DNA of 64,000 nt, taken from Pseudomonadota bacterium. Its GTDB lineage: Bacteria; Pseudomonadota; Alphaproteobacteria; RF32; CAG-239. Made by a program: the position numbers and the translations under genes. Shown one piece after another: positions 10,133 through 19,746 of this stretch (position 1 is the first letter of the stretch; every line of letters starts with the position of its first letter). The stretch lies in NCBI GenBank assembly GCA_018362935.1, contig JAHALQ010000001.1, forward strand, positions 18,378-82,377. The letters are read 5' to 3'. Below the pieces are notes generated by a model. It searched no databases. It saw only the letters and a program-made list of their open reading frames with translations, and was not told the origin of the DNA.

Positions 10133-13001
10133 TGGCGCTCCACTCCTTGATCCGTGCCAAATGGGCATAAACGTCAAATTCGGGGTTTTTCTTTAGATTC
10201 GGATGACATTCATACGGCATGCTGTCCAAATCGTATTGGGTAATCAGCTCAATCAGATGCGTACGCGTGTCTTCCAAAATTTTTGCAACATTTTTATCGA
10301 CAAGCACATCTTTGATGCCAAGCTGCCAATATATCAGTTCCTCAACTTCGGCCGCGCCGATTCCCTCAAAACCTCCGGCTTCGGCAATCAGCCCTTCCAA
10401 CGGCAGCTGCGGCGCAAATCCGGCTTCCACTTCTTTGACGCTGCGCGCTTTTCCGGTCTTGTAATCAATAATTCTCAGTTTGCCGTCCCGTGTTTCGTCA
10501 ATCCGGTCGGCTTTGGCCGTCACCGTAAATTTGCCGCCGGCCGTTTCAATTTCCATGCAGCCTTTGACCTCGCTGTGAATACGCCGGATGGCCTTCCTGT
10601 ACGTTTCTTCAAGTTCCGCCAGATGATTGACGATTTTTTCAAACTTCGGCCACCAGAAAACTCTTTTTTCGTTAGCCAGATTATTCTCGGAAAATCTGCG
10701 GCGCCCGAGTTCCAACAGCTCTTCGCGGGCATTTTCCGGAAACTCGTGCGGATGTTTTTTGTTAAACTCCTCCAACAAACCGTGAATAATCGTGCCGTAG
10801 TCCGCCATTGTCAGCTCCGGCTCAATTTCTTCCAGCGGTTTCAGCCCGAGAATATATTTGGCAAACACGCTGTACGGATCGCGCAGCAAAAGCTCGATAC
10901 CGCTGACCGACAGACGGCGCGGTCTCGCGGCAAACGGCGGCCTTGGCGCGGGCGGCTGCGGACTCTCAAAGCTTTCAGGTTCTTCCAAAAAACGCTGCCA
11001 TTCCCCGCAACGCGTATCCTGCAAAGACAGCGGCTCAATGCCATAAGCTTCCAAAACGGCAAGCAGGCGCATCCACCAGCGCGATTTCATCATCGGCGTT
11101 CCCTGTGCCCGCTCCGAACGTGTCAAATACACCTCTTTGCCGCACAGCAGCTGCGCAAAATCCATGCCCAAAACGCCGATGGCTCTTTCCGGCAGCGGAT
11201 AACCGAAGTCTTTTTTCATCGGGCGCGACATCCACGGATCAGAACCGGGCAGCTGCGGCCATATGCCTTCATTAACTCCGCCGACAATTGTCACGTCAAA
11301 ACGGTTAAGCCGTGCTTCAATCGGTCCCAGAATACTCAGCCGCGGGTGTGTGCCGTATTTGGCGCGAACCGTTTTCCCGGACATCATCGCCTCAAACAAT
11401 CCCGGATATTCCTGTGGCTCCACCTCGCCCAGAATATCCGCTTTTTCGAGCCATTGCGCGATAAAGCGCGCCCCGCTTTCGCCCGCCTCGCCGCGCCATA
11501 ACTGCTGCCTTCCGTCTTTATCTGCGGTTGCCGCCAGAGCTTCTGCTGCGCGCACATGCGCGCGCAGCAATTCGGCCAGACCGGCCTGCGGCTTCCGACA
11601 TAAATCTTTTAATTCCGCCATATGCGCGTCAAGCTCTGCCAATATATTTTCAAGCTCGGCATTTTCGGTTCCGGCCCGCCAGACGTCCTGCTCCAGAGCG
11701 CGCGCCCGGGCGCGTATGTCAGCATAATTTTTGCCCATTCCGGTCAGCGGATTTTTCAACAATGCCAAAATATCGATACGCGCTGCCCCGGGAAGAGCGG
11801 CCGCCAGCAGCAGACGCATAAAGATCCCCCATGGCGTTACGCCGAGCGGCCGGCCGGCGGAATCGTCAATTTCGATATTCCATCTTTTGAGCTGGCCGGC
11901 AACCCGGCGCGCCAATTGGCGGTCAGTGGTAACCAGCGCCGCCGTTTGACCCGGCGTTTCAAGAACTTTGCGCATTGTCGCGGCAATCGCCAGCGCTTCC
12001 TGCCGCACCTCGTCACATTCAATCAGCCGCAATCCCTCAACCGCCGCATTGTCAATGCGGCCGCCCGCGGCCTGCCGCCATTTGTCGGTACAGGAGGCAG
12101 GCATCATTACATCAGAAACCAGATTTTCGCGCGCAGCGTTTTCCGGCGGAACCAAATCCTTGACGTCTTCCCGTCGCAATTCCAGAAAATCAAGCAGTTC
12201 TTTCAATTCAAACTGCGGATGCCCCTCGTCAATCTTCGCCCAGCTTTCCTCATCCAGATGCCTGTCCAGACCGGACAAATACACCTCGCCTTTCGGTAGT
12301 TTTAAAACGGCCTTAACCAGTTTTTTCATTGCGCCGAAACCGGCTGTTGTGCCGGCAATAATCAAACGTTTGTCGGGTTTGGCACGCTCCCATATTTCGG
12401 CTTGCCGTTCGAGCATTTGATTTTTGCGCAGACTGGCGTCAACCTTGCCGCGCTCGCTTAAAATCTGCGGCCAATAAGCCGTGATAATTTCCAGAAAACG
12501 CAAGGTTTCTTGCCAATGCGCGGCATATTCTTCCGGCACCAGATTTTTAAGACGGGCAAAATCCAGATTCTGATAATAGGACATATCAATCAGCCGGCCG
12601 AGTTCCTGAGCCAGAAAACAAGCCTGATTGAGCGATATTTTTTCGGTTCCGAAATCATCTGGCCGCGCCAGAATGATTTTCATAAACAGCAGCCGGCGCT
12701 CAATATCGTCAATCGCCGGCGGCATATCCGCAATATCCGCATCGGCGGCATCCTGCAAAATAATCTCGTCTTCGTCAACATCACCGATGGGCTGCATATG
12801 CGGCAACAGCGTCGGCCTCATTCCCTGAAGCCGGACAAAAGCTTCCGCCAGGGTTTTGCAGGCGCGGCGGTTAGGCAGCAGTACCCGCACGTCGGCAAGT
12901 TCCAGTTCCCTGCCTTGATAATCATCCAGCAGCTTTTGTGCCAGCGTATCGGCAAAACCGTTGGAAGAAGGTATGTTCCGGATATTATTGAGCAGTGTCA
13001 A
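10122..13001 (-). CDS. addB: Double-strand break repair protein AddB (alphaproteobacterial type).
   Basis: 959 aa ORF immediately upstream of addA on the same strand. It has an inactivated helicase-like N-terminus and a C-terminal nuclease region. The order addB-addA is typical. Confidence 0.75.
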   Translation of the reverse strand: MTLLNNIRNIPSSNGFADTLAQKLLDDYQGRELELADVRVLLPNRRACKTLAEAFVRLQGMRPTLLPHMQPIGDVDEDEIILQDAADADIADMPPAIDDIERRLLFMKIILARPDDFGTEKISLNQACFLAQELGRLIDMSYYQNLDFARLKNLVPEEYAAHWQETLRFLEIITAYWPQILSERGKVDASLRKNQMLERQAEIWERAKPDKRLIIAGTTAGFGAMKKLVKAVLKLPKGEVYLSGLDRHLDEESWAKIDEGHPQFELKELLDFLELRREDVKDLVPPENAARENLVSDVMMPASCTDKWRQAAGGRIDNAAVEGLRLIECDEVRQEALAIAATMRKVLETPGQTAALVTTDRQLARRVAGQLKRWNIEIDDSAGRPLGVTPWGIFMRLLLAAALPGAARIDILALLKNPLTGMGKNYADIRARARALEQDVWRAGTENAELENILAELDAHMAELKDLCRKPQAGLAELLRAHVRAAEALAATADKDGRQQLWRGEAGESGARFIAQWLEKADILGEVEPQEYPGLFEAMMSGKTVRAKYGTHPRLSILGPIEARLNRFDVTIVGGVNEGIWPQLPGSDPWMSRPMKKDFGYPLPERAIGVLGMDFAQLLCGKEVYLTRSERAQGTPMMKSRWWMRLLAVLEAYGIEPLSLQDTRCGEWQRFLEEPESFESPQPPAPRPPFAARPRRLSVSGIELLLRDPYSVFAKYILGLKPLEEIEPELTMADYGTIIHGLLEEFNKKHPHEFPENAREELLELGRRRFSENNLANEKRVFWWPKFEKIVNHLAELEETYRKAIRRIHSEVKGCMEIETAGGKFTVTAKADRIDETRDGKLRIIDYKTGKARSVKEVEAGFAPQLPLEGLIAEAGGFEGIGAAEVEELIYWQLGIKDVLVDKNVAKILEDTRTHLIELITQYDLDSMPYECHPNLKKNPEFDVYAHLARIKEWSANES

Positions 13002-13602
13002 AAACCTCTTTTATAAATTGGGCAAAAGCCCGGCCGCGGTGCGAAACGGCGGCTTTTTCATCTTTGGAAAAATGGCCGAAAGTCTTGTCAAAACCGTCGG
13101 GCATAAACACCGGATCAAACCCGAAACCCAAATCGCCGCTGCGTTCCGGTACAATTTTGCCTTCGACACGGCCTTCAAAAAAGCGGCATTCCTGTCCCGG
13201 AACCTTAAACGCCAGCACGCAGGAAAAATGAGCCGACCAGTCCGGATTCCCGCTTTGTTTCAACTCGCCGATAAGCCTGTCCATTGCTTTGTCAAAATCG
13301 CGCACCGGCTTGCCGTCAACCATATGCTCGGCATAACGTGCCGAATAAACGCCCGGGCGCCCGCCCAGCGCGTCAACGCACAAACCGGAATCATCCGCCA
13401 GGCAGGGTTTGCCGCTGATGTCGGAAAGCTGAACAGCTTTAAGCCCGGCATTTTCCTGAAAAGTCGTGCCGGTTTCTTCAACATCGGGCAAATTGAGTTC
13501 GCGCGCCGAAACCACCGCCACGCCGTACGGCGCGAGCATTTTTTTGATTTCATCGATTTTGCCCTGATTATGGGAAGCAATCACTAATTCGTTTATTTTC
13601 AT
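12985..13602 (-). CDS. rdgB: Non-canonical purine NTP pyrophosphatase (Ham1/RdgB).
   Basis: 205 aa. The N-terminus LVIASHNQGKIDEIKKML and the SARYA motif are typical of the family. Confidence 0.85.
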   Translation of the reverse strand: MKINELVIASHNQGKIDEIKKMLAPYGVAVVSARELNLPDVEETGTTFQENAGLKAVQLSDISGKPCLADDSGLCVDALGGRPGVYSARYAEHMVDGKPVRDFDKAMDRLIGELKQSGNPDWSAHFSCVLAFKVPGQECRFFEGRVEGKIVPERSGDLGFGFDPVFMPDGFDKTFGHFSKDEKAAVSHRGRAFAQFIKEVFDTAQ

Positions 13603-14315
13603 CAGATTAACCCCAAAACCTGTTTTTGTTTTTTGATAATCTCGGCAATGCCTTTTTTGCCGAGCTGTAAAAGCTGGTTGAACTGCGCTTCGTCAAACGG
13701 GTCACCCTCGGCCGTGCCCTGAATCTCGACAATTTTGCCCGATTCCGTCATAACAAAGTTCATATCGACCTGCGAATTGGAATCTTCCAGATAATCGACA
13801 TCCAAAATCGCTTCGCCGCCGTATATGTCGCAGGAAACCGCCGCCACAAATTCCTTAATCGGGTTTTCCTTGATTTTTCTCATTTCTTTGAGCTTCTGCA
13901 AAGCCAGATACAAAGCGACAAAGCCGCCGGTAATCGAGGCCACGCGCGTGCCGCCGTCAGCCTGCAATACGTCGCAGTCAATGCAGATTGAAATATCTTT
14001 CATTTTGGTCAAATCGACAACCGAACGCAGCGAACGCCCGACCAGCCGCTGGATTTCCTGCGTGCGTCCGGAAGGCTTTTTGGATTCGCGCGGGATACGC
14101 ACCTGAGCCGACCGCGGCAGCATGGCATATTCGGCGGTAATCCAGCCTTTGTCCTGCCCCTTGAGCCAGGCCGGGACCTTTTCTTCAACGCTGGCGGTGC
14201 AAACGACATGCGTGCCGCCGAACTTGACCAGACACGAACCTTCGGCATAAGGATTAAAATTGGGAATAAGCTCAATCTCGCGGAGCTGATTGTTTTGACG
14301 ATTGGAATGGCGCAT
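13602..14315 (-). CDS. rph: Ribonuclease PH.
   Basis: 237 aa, strong family match (RxxxLRxIEL... [14 protein letters not shown]). rph-rdgB adjacency is conserved. Confidence 0.9.
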   Translation of the reverse strand: MRHSNRQNNQLREIELIPNFNPYAEGSCLVKFGGTHVVCTASVEEKVPAWLKGQDKGWITAEYAMLPRSAQVRIPRESKKPSGRTQEIQRLVGRSLRSVVDLTKMKDISICIDCDVLQADGGTRVASITGGFVALYLALQKLKEMRKIKENPIKEFVAAVSCDIYGGEAILDVDYLEDSNSQVDMNFVMTESGKIVEIQGTAEGDPFDEAQFNQLLQLGKKGIAEIIKKQKQVLGLI

Positions 14316-14450
14316 TTTCTTTCTCTTTTTCAGTAAATTTCACTGCCGTCAGGTTACCGCGATTCCGCCGCAATGGCAAGTTAAAACTAAGATAAAAAAG
14401 CAATCATGAAAAACTTGGAGAATGGTTTAGATAGAGTGATTTCTAGGGGT

Positions 14451-14492
14451 GGCGACACCGGAGTTTACTAAAACGTAAATGAGGATGTCGCC
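14451..14492. repeat. Copy 1 of a conserved hairpin element. A GC-rich variable stem encloses the core GGAGTTTACTAAAACGTAAATGAG.
   Basis: GGCGACAcc...ggATGTCGCC inverted repeat around the core. The same core, with one change, recurs at 17897-17921. Confidence 0.4.
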
Positions 14493-14533
14493 ATACCCGT
14501 AAAATCGCTCTAGATAAGCCATTATACAAGTTT

Positions 14534-16573
14534 TTACAAATGGCCGGTAGTCAAAAGATTAAAATACTTATACACCGAGCCGCCTTCGACATCCCAGCTG
14601 AAATCCTTGTGCATGGCGTTTTTCTGCATTTCGTGGATTCGCTGCGGATTTTCATAGAAAACGACAAGAGCTTTTTCAAGAGTTTCGGTATAGGCGTTTT
14701 CATTGTTTTTCAGACGCTGGGCGGCGAGGTTTGTGCCAAAAACGCGGCGTTTGTTGCTGAAAAATGCCTCGGTGCGGAAACCGTCAATACCGTCATCAAT
14801 GGTATCAACCAAACCGCCGGTAGACATGGCAACCGGCAGCGCGCCTTTAGCCATGGCTTCCATCTGGGTCAGGCCGCAGGGCTCAAAACGGCACGGCATC
14901 ATATAAAAATCCGAAGCCAGCTGCACGGCATAGGCAAACTCGTCTTTATAACCGCGGAAAACAAAAATCCGTTCGGCAATTTTTTTGTTAATTTCCCGGA
15001 CTTTATCCTTAAGCTTCGTCAGGAGTTCAAAATAGTTAACGTCGCCGGCGCCGCCAAGCACAAATATCGGCGCCTCGACTTTTTTGTCGGTATATTTCTG
15101 CGCAAGGTTAACAATCGCCTGCGCGGCAATGTCATAGCCTTTCTGCTCAACCAGACGGCTGGTCGCGCAGACCACCGGCGTCTTGGCCGGGTCTTTAACC
15201 GATTTGGCCACGTCTTCAAATTCATAAATATCAATCAGCGGAATAACCTTGCGGCGGTATTCCTCATCCGTGGCAATTTGGGAAATCAGCTTGATAAATT
15301 CTTTTTTGTTTTGCAGCTTCTTATCCAAAGAATTCTCGTCAAAAGTCGTAAAGGCCGTATCGCCGAAATAGGCGTTGACCCGGTCTATTTTCGCCTTGTT
15401 GGGAGAAATCAGGTTTTTGTCATAACCGTTGACAATCCCGAAAAAGTCGCGGTGATCTTTGCGGATTTTCAAAATATCGCGGAAATCGAAGCCAAAACCC
15501 AGTTCTTTGGACACTTCTTCCATATAGTTTTTGGAAACCGTCACAATCCGGTCGGCCAGATGGAAATTGCACGAAGCCTGATTATAGCAGTCATGCACAA
15601 TCAGCGTATTGGTTGCGCGCGGGTTGCTGTTTTTAATGGCCTTGGCATTTTTGAAAACCATGGCCGCAGCGTTTTCATACAGCGAATTGAGGATACGCGA
15701 AGTGTTTTCGTAATCCCAGCCCTGATAACCCAAATGATGCGCGATATGAATGACCGGCAGCCTTTTGATTTTCTCGGCCAGAGTTTCTTCCATTTCTTTG
15801 TTTTCGACCTGTGCAACCGTAAAATATTTGAGCAGGCCGGAAAGCGCGCCGCTGTGCCAGTCGTTGGCAATCAGCAGATTGGGCTTGGCAATTTCCTTAA
15901 GCTCGTCTTTGTACAACGCCTTAATCAGCGCATAAACCGCTTTGGAAAAGAAGGCAAAACGCTCAACTTCGTTAATGCCGTTTTTGTTCATGATATAGCA
16001 GCCGTCCTGTGCCGACGGATTGTCCTTATGCGGATCAATATTAAAAAAGCGGTCATTGGAAAGGAAAATATAATCCGAGCTCTCGTGATGCGCCTGATAA
16101 ACGTCAACTTTATACTTGTTCAGGGTAGATTTTTCGCCGCAGAAACGGACTTCAATCGTTTTGGCTTTTTTGACTTTGACGTCTATATGCTCGGCACCGG
16201 CATAAACATCGGCCTTAAGCTCGGCTTTTTTCTTGCCGGTATCGCCCAGGTACATCGGCGTCACAACCGTTACTTTGTGCTTTTGGGCGCCAAACGTACG
16301 ATTAAAAGCTTCCGGCAGTTCGGAAGCAATCATGCCCAAACCGCCCCATTTCATAAAAGTGGCGGTTTCGGCAGAAATCATCCATGCGTCGACAATATCA
16401 ACCTGCGGCCATGCCGTTTTGCCCAAACATTGTTTTCTGGAAAGGTTTTGTATCTCTAAAAGATTGGGATTTGTTGTTACCGCGTAATTAACGGAAAATT
16501 TCTTTTTATTAAAATTTTTTTCCAACATTGCTGTTGAAGTTGTTTTGTCGGCTGCCGCCACGTCTGCTTTCAT
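14534..16573 (-). CDS. glgA: Glycogen/starch synthase (GT5, GlgA-like) with an about 100-aa N-terminal extension.
   Basis: KWGGLG (the K-x-G-G-L ADP-glucose motif) and a C-terminal STGGLVDTI motif. 679 aa against about 480 for a typical GlgA. The 639-aa + strand ORF is an antisense artefact. Confidence 0.75.
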   Translation of the reverse strand: MKADVAAADKTTSTAMLEKNFNKKKFSVNYAVTTNPNLLEIQNLSRKQCLGKTAWPQVDIVDAWMISAETATFMKWGGLGMIASELPEAFNRTFGAQKHKVTVVTPMYLGDTGKKKAELKADVYAGAEHIDVKVKKAKTIEVRFCGEKSTLNKYKVDVYQAHHESSDYIFLSNDRFFNIDPHKDNPSAQDGCYIMNKNGINEVERFAFFSKAVYALIKALYKDELKEIAKPNLLIANDWHSGALSGLLKYFTVAQVENKEMEETLAEKIKRLPVIHIAHHLGYQGWDYENTSRILNSLYENAAAMVFKNAKAIKNSNPRATNTLIVHDCYNQASCNFHLADRIVTVSKNYMEEVSKELGFGFDFRDILKIRKDHRDFFGIVNGYDKNLISPNKAKIDRVNAYFGDTAFTTFDENSLDKKLQNKKEFIKLISQIATDEEYRRKVIPLIDIYEFEDVAKSVKDPAKTPVVCATSRLVEQKGYDIAAQAIVNLAQKYTDKKVEAPIFVLGGAGDVNYFELLTKLKDKVREINKKIAERIFVFRGYKDEFAYAVQLASDFYMMPCRFEPCGLTQMEAMAKGALPVAMSTGGLVDTIDDGIDGFRTEAFFSNKRRVFGTNLAAQRLKNNENAYTETLEKALVVFYENPQRIHEMQKNAMHKDFSWDVEGGSVYKYFNLLTTGHL

Positions 16574-16650
16574 ATCCAGTCTTTCAACTTAAAATAATTC
16601 AATCTTTTGCGATAAAATCGGCTCTATACAACAATAAGAGCCCATCCCTC

Positions 16651-16679
16651 TTGACTTGTCAAGCTTTAGTCACTAAATT
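16651..16679 (+). promoter_or_regulatory. Putative grpE promoter: TTGACT, 17 nt, TAAATT, overlapping the palindrome CTTGACTTGTCAAG.
   Basis: Seen 45-75 nt upstream of the grpE ATG. No CIRCE element present. Confidence 0.25.
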
Positions 16680-16724
16680 CCTTGTATATATACACCAAGT
16701 CAGGAATATTTAAAGAGAAAAAGC

Positions 16725-17312
16725 ATGAAAAAGAACAACAAAACCGACGCCGAATTTGACAACGAATTGACTGAAGAAGAAGCTCCGGATTCCCCTGCGG
16801 AAGAAGAAAACGAAGACAGTTCTGCCGAAGAAACGGATAATGATTCTTCTGACGCCGGCGTTGAAGAACTGCAAGCGCAAATCCAAAAGCTGCGCGAGGA
16901 TTATCTGCGCGCTTTTGCCGATGCGGAAAACACCAAAAAGCGCTGCGCTCAGGAAATTGAAAAAAACAACAAATACGCGGTTTCTTCTTTTGCCAAAAAC
17001 CTGCTCAGCGTCGCCGACAACCTGCAACGCGCGCTGGATGCCGCCCAATCTGCGGAAAACCATGACGCCTGCGAAGCCCTGCGCCAGGGTGTTGAGCTGA
17101 CGCAGAACGAATTATACAAGGTTTTTGACAAATTCGGCATTCATAAAATGGATATTCTCGGAACGCATTTTGACCCCAATTTTCATCAGGTTATTCAGGA
17201 AGTCGAAGATGCCGAAAAAGAACCCGGCACCATTATTGCCGAACTGCAAACCGGCTATATGATAAATGACCGCATTCTGCGCGAAGCCATGGTCGTCGTT
17301 ACAAAGAAATAA
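16725..17312 (+). CDS. grpE: Nucleotide exchange factor GrpE.
   Basis: 195 aa. Acidic N-terminus, coiled coil, and the conserved C-terminal beta-domain. Confidence 0.9.
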   Translation: MKKNNKTDAEFDNELTEEEAPDSPAEEENEDSSAEETDNDSSDAGVEELQAQIQKLREDYLRAFADAENTKKRCAQEIEKNNKYAVSSFAKNLLSVADNLQRALDAAQSAENHDACEALRQGVELTQNELYKVFDKFGIHKMDILGTHFDPNFHQVIQEVEDAEKEPGTIIAELQTGYMINDRILREAMVVVTKK

Positions 17313-17313
17313 G

Positions 17314-17349
17314 AAAAAGCCCTGAGGTAAAAACTTCAGGGCTTTTTGT
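17314..17349. terminator. Bidirectional rho-independent terminator.
   Basis: AAGCCCTGA-loop-TCAGGGCTT hairpin plus TTTTTGTT, between convergent grpE and the HTH gene. Confidence 0.6.
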
Positions 17350-17588
17350 TAATCGACCAATTCTATCTTAATCTTTTTATTGAGAAAAGCAGCCAGCTGC
17401 CGCAAATCGCTGCTGCGGTGCACCTCGCGGCCAAGCGTAATATTTTCCATAATGTGCAGCGGAATTCCCGTCTGCTCGGAAACATTGACAATAGAAAGAC
17501 GTTTTTCAAATAACAGTTCATTAATCTGCCGCGCCAGATTTTGACGCGTCTGATACCAGTTTTCTTTTTCGGTTGATTTTTTGGACAT
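17349..17588 (-). CDS. Small XRE-family helix-turn-helix protein.
   Basis: HTH_XRE pattern ELLFEKRLSIVNVSEQTGIPLHIMENITLGR...LRQLAAFL. The start MSKKST sits behind a GGGAG Shine-Dalgarno. Lies immediately downstream of the hyd operon. Confidence 0.6.
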   Translation of the reverse strand: MSKKSTEKENWYQTRQNLARQINELLFEKRLSIVNVSEQTGIPLHIMENITLGREVHRSSDLRQLAAFLNKKIKIELVD

Positions 17589-17627
17589 TTTCCAAACTCC
17601 CATTTTGTTTTTAATGTTAAAACAAAA

Positions 17628-17651
17628 CTCGCCTTATAAAAATAAGGCGAG
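17628..17651 (-). terminator. Hairpin CTCGCCTTA/TAAGGCGAG followed, on the minus strand, by TTTTGTTTT. Likely the hyd-operon terminator or an attenuator upstream of the HTH gene.
   Basis: Perfect 9-bp stem with a U-tract in minus-strand orientation. Confidence 0.4.
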
Positions 17652-17883
17652 GGAGTTGGAAACTGCACATAGACAGTCCGACTTATTCAATATATTCGGT
17701 CGGCTCCCTCAAATGGGAGAATTTTCTATGGGGAGTTTCCACACTCCGCTTTCGGAATCCCCGAAAGCAAAAACAGTATAAAAGAGATGTGTTAATTTGC
17801 AGTTAAAAAGCAGGGTGTTGCCAACCTGCTTTTTCCATATCTGCAAATGAGTGCGGATAGCGTGTGTGAATAATAAGATTTTA

Positions 17884-17935
17884 GGGCGGCAAAAGCGGAG
17901 TTTACTAAATGCGTAAATGAGCATTTTGCCGTCCC
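17884..17935. repeat. Copy 2 of the conserved hairpin element. Core GGAGTTTACTAAATGCGTAAATGAG.
   Basis: GGGCGGCAAAAGC...CATTTTGCCGTCCC stem around the core. Sits 40 nt downstream of the hydA stop. Confidence 0.4.
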
Positions 17936-17971
17936 GCTAAATCTGTATTAGTCACCAGCTAGACGCGCTCA

Positions 17972-19744
17972 TCACCCTTTCTTGTAGGGGGCGCGGGCAA
18001 CATAGTGCGTATGCAACAGCTTATGCGCCTTCTCGCCTCCGGCCTCGCCGAGATACTCTTTATACAGCGCCTTGACCGATTCGTTATGGTGTGACAAACG
18101 GTTCTTGGCGTGCAAATCCTCGTTCATCAGACCGGCAGCGCGCTTACGGCGGATATCATCGGTAATGCCGCGCGGTTTGGGCTGTCCCGGCATCATAACG
18201 CGGGGTTGTCCGCCGCCGGAGATACAGCCGCCGCGGCAAGCCATAACCTCAACAAAGTGATAAGGCATTTCTTCGCCGTTGGCTTTGGCCTCGCGAATAC
18301 GGTTAAGGATTGTTTCGATATTGCCGCAGCCGTGGGCCACCGCAATCTTAACCTTGGTGCCTTTGATATCAATTTCGGCTTCTTTGATTCCCTCAAGGCC
18401 TTCTATCGCTTTGAAGTTAATCTCGCCAAGCTCTTCGCCGGTGATATAGAAATAAGCCGTGCGCAAGGCCGCCGTCATAACGCCGCCGGTTACGCCGAAA
18501 ATGGTTCCGGCACCGGAATACTCGCCGAGCGGATTGTCCGCAATTTCTTCCGGCAGGCTGCGAAAATCGATACCTGACTGTTTAATCATGCGGCAAAGCT
18601 CACGCGTCGTCAAAGAAACGTCAACATCCTGATAACCGGAACTACTCATATCCTTGCTGCGTTTGATTTCCCACTTCTTGGCTGTGCAGGGCATAACCGA
18701 AACCACGCGGATTTTGGCAGGATTAATCGACATTTTCTCGGCATAATAGGTTTTTGCCAGAGCGCCGACCATTGATTGCGGTGACTTGCAGGTCGAAAAG
18801 TTGTCAATCATATCCTGATTGGTTTTTTCAAGCATATCAACCCAGGCCGGGCAACATGACGTAAACATCGGCAGGCTCTCGGGCTTTTTGGTAAAGCGGT
18901 TGACAAACTCGGTTGCTTCTTCAATGATTGTCAAATCGGCGCCGAAGTTGGTGTCAAACACGCGGTTAAAGCCCAAGCGGCGCAGAGCGGCATAAGTCTT
19001 GCCGGTCAGATTCTCGCCGAAGTCATAGCCAAATTCTTCGCCAATGGCCACGCGTACCGCCGGAGCGATTTGTACAATCGTATAGACTTCAGGGTCTTGC
19101 AGCATATCCCATACCTTCTGCGTATCGTCAAACTCGACAATCGCGCCGGTCGGGCAATGTGCCGAACATTGGCCGCATTTAATGCACGGGCTGTCCGCCA
19201 GCGGAATGCCGCCGGCTGCCGTAACCCGGGTTGCCAGACCGCGGTTGAGGTAGCTCAAAGCCCAGACGTTCTGCTGATTCTGGCAGACCTCGACGCAGCG
19301 TCCGCAGACAATGCACTTCGACGGTTCCAAAACAATCGCCTCGGTCGATTCGTCGCGTTCCAGCTTTTTATTCAGGCTCGGCAGATGCGACGAAGCAATG
19401 CCGAAGGTATTGGCCATATCCTGCAATTCGCAGTGTCCGGAACGGATACAGGTCAGGCATTCGTTGGGATGGTTGCTCAAAATCAGTTCCAGCACCGTAC
19501 GGCGGACACCGACGATTTCAGCGTCGCCGGTGATGACTTCCATACCCTCGGCAACCGGCGTGCAGCAGGAGCGCAGGATTCGCCCGTTAACCTTGACAAT
19601 GCACATGCCGCAGCCGGCCGTAGGGTCGACGTCAGGATGTTTGCACAAAGTCGGAATATCAATATGCGCCTGCCGTGCGGCTTCCAAAATGCTGGTGCCC
19701 TCGGAAACCTCTACTTCAAAATTATCAATTTTCAGCTTAACCAT
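17972..19744 (-). CDS. hydA: [FeFe]-hydrogenase catalytic subunit HydA. N-terminal 2Fe-2S and 4Fe-4S ferredoxin domains precede the H-cluster domain.
   Basis: All three H-cluster motifs are present: L1 TSCCPAW, L2 MPCTAKKWE, L3 EVMACRGGCISGGGQP. N-terminal CxxC clusters. Confidence 0.9.
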   Translation of the reverse strand: MVKLKIDNFEVEVSEGTSILEAARQAHIDIPTLCKHPDVDPTAGCGMCIVKVNGRILRSCCTPVAEGMEVITGDAEIVGVRRTVLELILSNHPNECLTCIRSGHCELQDMANTFGIASSHLPSLNKKLERDESTEAIVLEPSKCIVCGRCVEVCQNQQNVWALSYLNRGLATRVTAAGGIPLADSPCIKCGQCSAHCPTGAIVEFDDTQKVWDMLQDPEVYTIVQIAPAVRVAIGEEFGYDFGENLTGKTYAALRRLGFNRVFDTNFGADLTIIEEATEFVNRFTKKPESLPMFTSCCPAWVDMLEKTNQDMIDNFSTCKSPQSMVGALAKTYYAEKMSINPAKIRVVSVMPCTAKKWEIKRSKDMSSSGYQDVDVSLTTRELCRMIKQSGIDFRSLPEEIADNPLGEYSGAGTIFGVTGGVMTAALRTAYFYITGEELGEINFKAIEGLEGIKEAEIDIKGTKVKIAVAHGCGNIETILNRIREAKANGEEMPYHFVEVMACRGGCISGGGQPRVMMPGQPKPRGITDDIRRKRAAGLMNEDLHAKNRLSHHNESVKALYKEYLGEAGGEKAHKLLHTHYVARAPYKKG

Positions 19745-19746
19745 GT

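Noticed and set aside
10203-11501. 432-aa + strand ORF and many other ORFs of 60-250 aa inside addA/addB
   Set aside because: Antisense or out-of-frame artefacts within the AddAB genes.
14540-16459. 639-aa + strand ORF
   Set aside because: Antisense to the glycogen-synthase gene, which carries the diagnostic KWGGLG and STGGLVDTI motifs. The + strand translation is low-complexity with no motifs.
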